Shown piece after piece: positions 1 through 9,317 of a stretch of DNA of 33,840 nucleotides (positions are counted from its first letter, which is position 1; every line of letters begins with the position of its first letter). The translations under genes were made by a program, and so were the position numbers. The DNA is from Basidiobolus ranarum. Taxonomy: Eukaryota. The stretch covers positions 1-33,840 of the forward strand of contig JASJQH010000069.1 of the NCBI GenBank assembly GCA_040143965.1, given 5' to 3'. The notes under the pieces were generated by a model. The model was not told the DNA's origin. It did not search any database and saw only the letters and a program-made list of their open reading frames with translations.

Positions 1-104
1 CACTACAACTCTGTAGTGTCCGGTGCGTATGTGACGGCCCTTGAAAATCCGAGGGAAAGAATCAGTTTCGTGCCTGGTCGTACTCATAACCGCAGCAGGT
101 CTCC
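1..104 (+). rRNA. Fragment of eukaryotic LSU (25S/28S) rRNA, truncated at the window edge and at a junction with RPS1
   Basis: TCCGGTGCG..TGTGACGGCCCTTGAAAATCC..GGTCGTACTCATAACCGCAGCAGGTCTCC matches from memory the conserved LSU segment that normally continues AAGGTGAACAGCC (LR8 primer region). Positions 1-18 form a perfect 7-bp stem CACTACA/TGTAGTG. Confidence 0.9.
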
Positions 105-815
105 GATCACTTCAGGAATGAACTTTTGAACCAAAGACTTCAAGTCACAAGTGCTGGCTTCACGAGTCATAATTTCGAACATCTTCTTGCGGATTTGACG
201 AATTTGAGCGGATTGAGCGTAGGTGGTCTTCTTAAGTTGGTTGGGTCTACGGCGGGTGAAACCAATAGAGAAAAGACGAAGGAGGTAACCGTCGGTGGTC
301 TTGACATCAACATGAGCCTCGATAAGTGATTGCCACTTCTTGACAAGGGATCTCAATTTATCAGAGGTGAAAGTCATGCCGTGGAAGTTGGTAAGGCAGT
401 TCTTGCCTTGGACTTCATCAACTCTGAGACGAATCTTACGGAAAGATTGTTCCTCATCCTTGTTCAAGTCAGCGAGGGAAACCTCGAGAACACGACCCTT
501 CAAGTAGTCGGTGGCGTTCTTCAAACCTTGAGTACGGTTGACAAGAGTCTTACCAACGTTACGTACTTCGAAGAGGGAAGGAGCCTTGATATCGTACCAG
601 TCCTTACGGGTGAAGGGATCAACGCTAATGGTCAAAGTATCGTTTAGGACTGGATGGATGGATGCGAACTGATAATAATATAGATACTTACATCTTCTTC
701 TTCAAACCCTTCTTTCCTTTAGAGAGGCGCCTGTGGAAGGAGATGATTCATTAGTAAGCTGGGTACGTGAATGATGGCTAACGGTAAATACTAACTTGTT
801 CTTTCCAACAGCCAT
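84..815 (-). CDS. RPS1: 40S ribosomal protein eS1 (S3a/S1), 3'-truncated. Exons 815-796, 730-692, 624 to ~103; it then runs into antisense rRNA sequence and stops at 84
   Basis: Spliced product reads [35 protein letters not shown]...KFIPEVIG with GT-AG introns 795-731 and 691-625. About 194 aa are present against ~255 typical; the DLLRL* tail is not homologous. Confidence 0.93.
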
Positions 816-891
816 CTTGAACTAGTCTGCACAGGTCTACGGCAAACGCAAAAGGAGTTGTTATCATCCAAGATGAAACCTATTAAAGGAT

Positions 892-957
892 CCCGAGAAA
901 ATTTTCCCAATAAAATTTTAAGATTCTCGGGTTGATGAAAAAATTGGGAAATTTTTC
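892..957. promoter_or_regulatory. Inverted-repeat / RRPE-like motifs upstream of RPS1
   Basis: CCCGAGAA (892) pairs with TTCTCGGG (924). GAAAATTTTCCCAAT (897) pairs with ATTGGGAAATTTTTC (943) with one mismatch. Both lie 80-140 bp upstream of the ATG. Confidence 0.35.
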
Positions 958-1098
958 AATCACCCTAAAATCGAATCTAGAAATTATGGGGGATCAATTT
1001 GGAATTTATTTCAGTTCTATGTACAAATCCACCATGGTCTGACATTAAAAAGGTGGTAGTTTAAGGAATTCTGGGCAAAGAATGAAATCCATAAAGTG

Positions 1099-2231
1099 CT
1101 ACTCGTATTCAGATACTGTCATGTTAGATTCACTCTCTATTTTAGAGTCAATCGTTTCTAATTCATTGGCACCTTTGGAAATATCTTCTGGAAGAAGGGC
1201 AGATACCACAGGGAATGGACTTTCGATAGTTTCCTTACTCTCCGCCGAGGGTTGATAAACGGTTCCGTTGTATGTACACATCTCGCGCTCATATCGCTGC
1301 TTATCCTGGGCAGAGATGTCGTAGTATTTCTACAAATGTATACAACTTCGTTAGCTACCCGTTCATAGGGATTAACTTTAGTTCTATGTAAAACAAACTT
1401 TTTTCTCTTCCATAGTCATAACCTTCCACCGTTGGCCAAGCATTTTGGTCAGCTCACTAAGCGAGGCATCCTGATGAATTTCTTTGAGTTTTGATCTCTC
1501 TAGTTGACAAAACACAAAGAAAGAATTGGACGGACGTTTTGGTGCATTAGGGTCTTTCTCCGTCTTTTTGGGTGTAGGTCTCTCCACTTGCTCTACTTCC
1601 GACTGGGTAAATGAAAATGCCATATGATTTAGTTAGATCAACATCCACATATAATTATATACGCAACTATCGATATTAAAATAGTCAACCTCACTGTTAG
1701 TTTCGGCCTCGGAGTCGTGTTCGTTTTCTCCTTTGACATTTTCCAATCTATCAAATAGAAAACTAAGCCGATAACAACTTAATTTTAATAACTATTCTAT
1801 GACTCATAACAAATACGTTGTGAACAAGATTACTTTCGCTCTACTTTTGTTCGACGTACATTCTTCTTTACTCTGCTAATTTTTATCACCAATCCTTCGT
1901 TAAACTAAATAGATAGAAGAGCAGGAGTAAATTAAATATTCAAGATAGATTACTTGTTTTGTCACCTTATCAAAATATATCCTCTTTACCTTTTCAATCT
2001 CGTGCACTCTTTTCTTCAGTTCCTGGTATTTCGTTTTATACTTCACTTCTAATAGCAAAGCGGTTTAAGTACCTTTTTACCGTAATATAAAGGATACATA
2101 ACGTTCACATACCATCGGAAGAGTCCCCAGCCTTAGGAGAGTGTGAGTGTTTGGGCTAAGAGTAAAATACAGTGGTTAGATTCATTCATTAGGTAAATGC
2201 AAAGAAAGTAAGCAGATACTTTGGATGTCAT
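1099..2231 (-). CDS. NHP10-like HMG-box protein (INO80 complex associated), about 7 exons
   Basis: Spliced N-terminal coiled coil YKTKYQELKKRVHEIEK..RRTKVER..LFDRL, then an HMG box KDPNAPKRPSNSFFVFC..LGQRWK..EEKK|KYYDISAQDKQRYEREM. All introns are GT-AG; ATG at 2231. Confidence 0.8.
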
Positions 2232-2587
2232 AAGGGAAACACGTTATTGTCAAACAGAAAAGTAGAAGGATATGATTGATTACGCGTACTCTAAAGCTTT
2301 GGCTATATGGATTATGGGACAAAAGAGTGTTGTAATAACTCGCGTCAACGCTTTAACAGTTGATCTAATATTCACCCTCGTTAGTAGCCAAATGTGTATG
2401 GTCCACTTGTTTCCACATGCGCATGGTCATATTGATTACTGTAATCGAATCTAGGATGATTTCCATGGAATCTTAGTAGATTGGCGAGATTTAAAATAGG
2501 GCTGAATGTGAGATGTTTATTGTAATTCAAAGTGGAATATATGGATTACTGGTGATTTGCAAGGGGAAAACAAGGAAATGGCTTTAC

Positions 2588-3688
2588 TTAGGAGTTCTTT
2601 TTATCTCGTTCGGAGGTTACCGTTGCATCTTCTACGATTCTATTGACCATTGCTTCGGAATCTTTCAATAGTTTCTCTAGGTCATATTTCATCAGAGCTT
2701 TATTATAAGCTTCCTTGTATTCGGGATCTTTCTGTATAGCCTCCATAGCGAGTTCTTCATTCTTATAATGCTCGGTGAATATCTTTCTCAAGTTGGAGTC
2801 TCTGAGCACAGCTGTGCGTTGAAGCTTCAAAGCTTGTGTTTGGTTGAACATGGTTTCTTCTCTCTCTAAAATACGTTCAATCAAGATTCTAGGGGTGATG
2901 TCTTCTTTCTGATCAAACATATAAACAACAACCAATAACACACCGAACAATACTCTACGAATGATTTCCATAGTCTCATACAAGTTCTCTATCTTGTAAG
3001 GAATTAGTTCTGCTCTATTATATTTATCGCTCAGGAATATCCCGGACTCAACCACTCCAAGACAAAGTAAAAAGATCGTTCCATAGGTTCTCCAATGCTC
3101 CTTTCGCTTGAAACAAGTCGCCAAACCCAATATAGCCGCTACAAAAGCGTAACTTCCCAATATATCCGGTAAGTCAAAAAGGAAATAATCATAGGTATCC
3201 TGACACCAGGTACAATTCCAAAAAGCAAACTCTCCAAAATCAGTATAGAGTTGACGGTTTTCTTTGGAATATAAAAGTTCTACCAGTCCAGCCATACGAT
3301 TGAAAACATTGGGCTCTTGTAAGAGAGCGAACCGGTCCTTGTAATTTTTCAGCTTGAAACTTGAGTCAATTACAAAAGTGGAATCTTGAGCGGACCTTTC
3401 TATGGCATACTCCCGGAACCGATTACGAAGCTGGTAGTTGGGTACTGAGTTGGAAATGTCAAGGGTTCGAAAAATATTATTACTTGTAGAGTAGAGGTAG
3501 AAACTATAGAATATCTGGTATGCTGCTATGAATAATATGAAATAGTAAACCAACGATTCATATCGCGTTAAGGGGCGTTTGGGTATTGGCGGATCCTCAG
3601 AATTTTGACGCCGGAAAGACAGTATCTTTCCAAGAAACCAGGGAAAGGTTAGAAAGAAAATGAACTGAAGGACAGACCAGCTAAGCAT
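2588..3688 (-). CDS. Uncharacterised multi-pass membrane protein with a degenerate J-domain-like segment, a CxxC motif and a C-terminal coiled coil
   Basis: Intronless 366-aa ORF with ~5 hydrophobic segments, NIFRTLDI..LRNRFR / RQLYTDFGE, CTWC and a charged helical tail. Confidence 0.8.
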   Translation of the reverse strand: MLSWSVLQFIFFLTFPWFLGKILSFRRQNSEDPPIPKRPLTRYESLVYYFILFIAAYQIFYSFYLYSTSNNIFRTLDISNSVPNYQLRNRFREYAIERSAQDSTFVIDSSFKLKNYKDRFALLQEPNVFNRMAGLVELLYSKENRQLYTDFGEFAFWNCTWCQDTYDYFLFDLPDILGSYAFVAAILGLATCFKRKEHWRTYGTIFLLCLGVVESGIFLSDKYNRAELIPYKIENLYETMEIIRRVLFGVLLVVVYMFDQKEDITPRILIERILEREETMFNQTQALKLQRTAVLRDSNLRKIFTEHYKNEELAMEAIQKDPEYKEAYNKALMKYDLEKLLKDSEAMVNRIVEDATVTSERDKKNS

Positions 3689-4041
3689 AATAACTTTGTA
3701 TCTAAATGGTGACAGTTATTTGTTGGCGAAGAGCATAAAGGACCAGCGCTTTAAGTCGTATTTTACGATGTTTACTATTCTAGTACAACCAAGGATCAAT
3801 TCTCCTGAACCATTTTGACCAGTGGTTTCTATCCAGCACTTACTAGCCAATTATGAGGATTGACGATGTTCAAAAGAATTCAACACATTTATCGTACTTG
3901 TCGACAATTATTCGGATTGTATATTAATGAATCAAATTAGAACCCATAAGTGAGTGCCGTGCACAAATCCACATAAATTTCACAGCAAGTGACCCGCATG
4001 GAAACAAATTTCTAAGATTTGTGTTGAAAATATTGAATTAA

Positions 4042-4682
4042 ATGACTACACTGAGTGGGTCAATTCCTGGGGTACCTCGTTTGACCACTATCGGAGAACT
4101 TCGCCCCATGCTCAAAGGATTTGATCTGGAATGTATAGTTCTAGAAGTAGGTAGGTCAATCTCCAGTATGAATCACTAACCATCCAATCTCTTACCATAA
4201 TTACCATTATCATTACCAACGCCCCGTAGCCTCTCAACCACAAGTGACTCGAGATAAGCATGTCATTTACTCTTTCCTCGTTGCCGACCGCACCGGCTGC
4301 ATCGTATTGTCAATATGGGGGGATATGGGTAGAATGATCAAAGGAGGGGACATTTTAAAGTTGCAGGGAGGGTAAGGCGATGTGGTTATAGGTCTCAACA
4401 GTAGAAGTGAAGTTAATTTTGTGTTATAGGGAAGCCAAGGTTTACAAAGGCTCTTTACAACTTGCTCTTACCAAGTTTGGAAAGTTGAAGCGCATTGGAG
4501 AGTAAGTACACGGGCCTTCACATAGCACCATACACACATGTCTAACTCAACTCTTTAGAGATGTAATGTTGTTCTCGGAGCAGCCTAACATGAGTTTATA
4601 CGATTGGGGACTCGAAGCAAATGGCAAACAGGGTCCCCCAATGATGGCCAAGCGAGCACCTGTTAGATATCACGATCAATAA
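4042..4682 (+). CDS. SOSS complex subunit B-like OB-fold ssDNA-binding protein (hSSB1/NABP family), 4 exons
   Basis: Not in the ORF track. Spliced: MTTLSGSIPGVPRLTTIGELRPMLKGFDLECIVLEVASQPQVTRDKHVIYSFLVADRTGCIVLSIWGDMGRMIKGGDILKLQGGEAKVYKGSLQLALTKFGKLKRIGEDVMLFSEQPNMS. The VADxTG..WxD..GDI and KIGE..FSExPN motifs are typical of NABP1/2. Three GT-AG introns. Confidence 0.88.
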
Positions 4683-5023
4683 GCATTCCCATTAATTTAT
4701 CGATAATTTTTTGTTCATTAATGTATATTTCTCTTGATCGTCCGTCCCTGTACACTAGTTTAGATCCCCCTTTTAATACATGTACAAAATCCAGACGAGT
4801 AATTTTTATCAATTAAAACTTACCAAGATTGTATAATTTCGTTATTATCTTAAATATCCTATTCTTCTGACCCAATCAAATGATTCATTGATGATTGTAA
4901 TTGGCTATTCTACATGCCTCAAATTTCGATAGTTTCAACCATAACCACGGCGTGCATAATACTCATAGTTCACCTATTATACTTTCACTTATTTTGACTA
5001 ATACAACTGTAAAGAAATACACG

Positions 5024-5943
5024 ATGACAACTTATCTCGTAAATTCCGAAGTCTACTCGAAAATCATATTTCACGCAGCCAGATACCCCCATCAATTAGT
5101 TAATGGTGTGCTCATTGGCAAGAAATCTGGTTCTGAATATACTCTTATTGACGCGGTACCCTTATTTCACCAATGGACTAATCTCGAACCTATGCTCGAA
5201 GTTGCCTTGAGACAGGTAGTTTTCTTTACTTTACCTTGAATTTTACTCGAAAATATTAGTCTTCATCCCGATGAAAAGTGAATATTAAGTTGAGATTTGT
5301 CATTTCAAAGGTTGAAATCTATTCTGAACAAAGTGAAGCCAAAATACTTGGTTACTACCAAGCTAATCCCGGACAAGATAAGGAAATAGGACCCATTGGA
5401 AACAAAATCGCCAACAAAATCGTGGAGTTTGAGAGAGATGCGGTGATTTTAATGGTAAATACGTGCATATATTAACTTTACAAAATATAGAGATATCGTG
5501 GAAGGATTCTGTTTATATAGAGCGTATTCTCTTTATTTTACACTCTTTCGAATTTGCTCACTTTATATTCGGATTTGCAGGTTGATAACAGCAAGCTTTC
5601 TATCGCTGAGCCTCAGATTGCTCTTTCGGTAAGGAAATTTCATCACTTGCTAAACACATAACACACTCGATATTACCTACTTATCCATGGAAATCTAATC
5701 GAATGACATTTATTCATTTCTCTACAGCCTTATGTCTACCAAGAGAAACAATGGCGCCATGTCAAGTCTGGACTCAATGGTAGTGGAAATTTCAAACTAG
5801 AAGCACCCGAAATTGTACAAAAAACTGGCGAGCTTATTAGTCAAAAGAAACATTTATTGGTGAACGATTTTGATGAACACTTGGAAGACGTTAGTAAAGA
5901 CTGGTTAGGTAATGCCGAAATTAACAACATCATCAAGGCTTAG
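5024..5943 (+). CDS. ER membrane protein complex subunit 8/9 (UPF0172, MPN-like), 4 exons
   Basis: YSKIIFHAARYPHQLVNGVLIG..DAVPLFH..PMLEVAL, GYYQAN, and a final exon LVNDFDEHLEDVSKDWLGN. GT-AG introns. Confidence 0.9.
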
Positions 5944-6306
5944 GTGTCTGGCCAAAATGTAACTAAAGTAAATAAATGTTAGTTAATCTCATAGTTTGTT
6001 AGCTTGACATATATTTGTCTACACACTAACGTTGAAATCCGAAAAATCGATGGTCCGATTTCATGTAGATATGGCTTTTTTTTTTGGTAGTCTTTTTTTA
6101 ATGGAAAAAAAGAATTCAAAGCAAATTCGAATAATTCAATCCAAGATAATATTCATATACAAGTGAAAGAAAAAAGTTACTTATCTTTTTAAACCCACAG
6201 TGATAAATAATTTTAAGCAGGTTGGGTTGTCACCAACTTAAAGTAAAGAACTCTACTCGAAACTTTAGAAATAGTAAATAAAACCAACCTTCTCTTCGGA
6301 AACAAC

Positions 6307-8345
6307 ATGTCGAAGGTAAATTCTCCCCATTCATACTTCTTTTTATCCTTGATGTTTTCTATTTTCCTACAAACATTAACCTCGTCTTTCTCATTTCATT
6401 TTTATCTGCGGGAAATGTAACCTCATATCAAATAGTCTTATAAATCCCGTAAAGTGGGGGAAAATCTTAACTGGAAGATTGGAGTGTTAGAAGCACAAGT
6501 GAGTTTATCCTTATTTCAGAAGCGGAGAGGGAGTGGAATTCTTTCTAGAATGGGATTATTGACCTGTTGAAATCCTCTTAATAGGCTGGATTAGATACTA
6601 GTATCGAAAATGCTAAAGCAGCGGCAAGAAGTAAAGGAGAAATCGATAGAGAGTTGGCAGAAGCAGAAATTAGAAAACTAAAAGCTGAGAAACTTTCACG
6701 GAAAACTGTAAGTATAAAGATTTATATATTTAGCGTTGAGGTAAAGTAGACCTAAGTATTTTATATTTAGTTCCATTTGAAGAAAGAAATCCGAAAGAGT
6801 TTAAAGAAAGCCAAAACATTCGAGACTCAAAAGATAGTGAAACGAATTAAAACTGTAAGAAAAGATTTAGAGTAAGTCAAACTAATTACATCGATTTAAG
6901 TAGCACTTTGCTAAATCCTTCTCGACTGTAGAAAAAAGAGTTCTAAAGAGGAAACAGATAAGCTCAAGACTACAATTGAACGTTTGGAACGTGAACTTGA
7001 AATGATTAAGGCAATATATCGAGATATAATGTTGTTAAATTTATCAATTTTTCTGATTCATTTGTGGTTTACTTTCCTTAAATTAGACTATCCAAACCGA
7101 TCAGTTGTGTGACCTCGCCTTCTATAAAGCTATCAAGAAAGATAACACTTTGCGAAACCACGAAGCATTTTCTTCTTTAGCTGAGCCAAAGGGTACTCAC
7201 GAAGTTAATGAAGATTCTGAGGCAGTCAAATTGAGATCTAATGTAGAATCACGAATCTTTGGCTCTAAACCACTGAAGGATATGCAAGCCGTTTGCATAG
7301 GAGATTTACTGAATATAGTAGCTCCTGAGCTAAATGTCGAACGCGTCGCATCAAAGCCTAAACCTAACCCCAAGGAAAACAAATCTCAACCACCAAAGAA
7401 GAGCGCTCAGCCTGTTGGTGAAACAGAGTCCTTGTCCGAAGAGAAGTCGGATGATTCAGAAGAGTCAGATGACGATGAGAGAGAGTTTGAAGCGGGTGAT
7501 GAAGAGTCAGATGATGATGAGAGAGAAGTAGATGATGGATCAGAAGAATCTGCTGATGAAGCAGAGGAATCAAAGCCCAAGAAACGGAGGGCCTCTGAAA
7601 TCGAATCAGACGATGAAAAGAATGTGTCTCGTCCCAAACAGGAAAAGAAGAAACTCACCAAAGCACAAAAAGAGCGTAAGAAAGCCAAGGCTCAACAGGT
7701 AAGTAGAGTTTAATAGAATCTTGTACTGCTTTTACTTAACCTTTGATCATGTAGAAAAAGCCTGAGTTTGATGCCGACGGAGTCCCCACTACATCCATGT
7801 TTATGGACACCTTGGGTGGCTATAAGAGTAGTGATCCTGAAGACTATGAGGATGAAGCGTTCGATCAAATTTATGGTAAGCCCAAGAAGAACCGTCCCGG
7901 ACAAAGAGCAAGAAAGATGTAAGTTCGCGATTGTTACAGTATATTCTGTGTAATTATATAGCTGACTTCGGGATTTTGCAGGATGTGGGAGAAGTTACAT
8001 GGAAACAATGCTAACCACATTAAAGCTCAAATCGAGGCCGAGAAACAGGCTGCACAGGTGGCCAAGTGGCGTGCTCAACAAACCTTTGGAGACAAACCTA
8101 GACAGAGGGCTACAACTGAGAAGCTTCATCCTTCATGGGAAGCCAAGAAGAAACAAAAGAATGCTGCCGTTGTACCATTCAAGGGTAGCAAAATTACATT
8201 CAAGGACGAGGGTGGTGATAAAAATCATAGTAATATTGACCCTGCGACATTACATCCTTCCTGGGAAGCTAAGCGCCGCCAAAAAGAAGCACAAGCAGCA
8301 CTTGCCAGCGTTAAAAATACCAAGATTGTATTTGACTCTGATTAA
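6307..8345 (+). CDS. BUD22: BUD22/SRFBP1-family ribosome biogenesis protein, multi-exon
   Basis: N-terminal NLNWKIGVLEAQ, KKAKTFETQKIVKRIK, an acidic low-complexity middle, KNRPGQRARR|MWEKLHG and two LHPSWEAK motifs ending KIVFDSD. Start exon is inferred. Confidence 0.85.
7011..7086 (+). other. Probable GC-AG intron in BUD22
   Basis: Joining ATTAAG|GCAATA...AATTAG|ACTATC gives ELEMIK-TIQTDQL in frame. The intron is 76 nt and no good GT donor is nearby. Confidence 0.55.
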
Positions 8346-8411
8346 TATTCCATCAATAAATATATAGAATAATCAACGAAATCAACTTTTATTGCATGAC
8401 CTTTGATGCTT

Positions 8412-9029
8412 TTAAATGAAACCATAATCTACCAGAAATCTAATATTACGCAGTTCAGATGAGATATAGCCAACCCATAACATGAACCAACCTGCTCCAA
8501 GAATAGTACCAACCGATAGCCCAACAATTACTTGCTCCCAGGTATGGTGCTTAAAGTTCACTCTGGACCATAAAATGAGTAATAAAAAGCCATTTGTCAG
8601 CAGTGATATCATAAAGCCACCGATAGTTAGTGTTTGTCTCAGTTGAAAAAGGTTGAAGTAGCAAGTGAAGAAAGCGGTATTCTGTGAATGACTAGAAGGC
8701 ATGCCATAGCCGTGCCTCACTTTTAACGAGCTAGGCCGTGGCTGGCGTATTATGGATTTCAAAGTTTTTGCTATAGGATGTAAGTATTCGGAAAAACACA
8801 ATTATTAATATTATGGCATACCAGTAATTGCACAAAATCCAGCTCCTATTCCAACATATGGTACTTGAATCAATGGAAGGTATAAGAACGAAACAATGGC
8901 GAGAAAAATGGCAATAAATATTGACTATTGAGTTGTTAACCGTTAATATGTGTAGCAAGGGATCAAAACAGTGACCTGTGTTTTTACCTTATCGAGTGTA
9001 GTTCTAGTAAGCTTTTCTATACGATTCAT
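8412..9029 (-). CDS. PAP2-family lipid phosphate phosphatase, dolichyl-pyrophosphate phosphatase-like. Exons 9029-8988, 8924-8822, 8770-8412
   Basis: PAP2 motifs KSIIRQPRP, GMPSSHSQ and SRVNFKHHTWEQV (PSSH/HxxxQ variant as in CWH8/DOLPP1). The N-terminus was rebuilt through two GT-AG introns. Confidence 0.85.
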
Positions 9030-9317
9030 TTCTATATTCCGCTTGAGTAGTATGCACTCAAGCAATCAGCAGTCTTTAAATATAATTTCTAGATGGTAAT
9101 CCGACATGTAACCGCCGCACACTCATCCAGTAATAAGATAAAAACAATGTTACCAAAGTGTCAGACAAAAATTAGATAAAAATGATGTTATGAAGCAAAA
9201 ATCAAGTTTATTCAAGCGTGTATATATTTCAGGATTTTGGGTATAAATCAGTTATGTGATTGTTGTTTAAGTACGTGATGTTGTATTTATCTATAGTCAA
9301 AGTTATCTAAATCGATC

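Noticed and set aside
2089-2097. Second U12 donor GTATCCTTT on the minus strand in the HMG gene intron
   Set aside because: Using it requires reading through an in-frame TGA. A canonical GTATGT donor at 2112 fits and no CCTTAAC branch site is present.
8731-8958. Apparent frameshift or overlapping ORFs in the PAP2 gene
   Set aside because: Explained by GT-AG introns 8821-8771 and 8987-8925.
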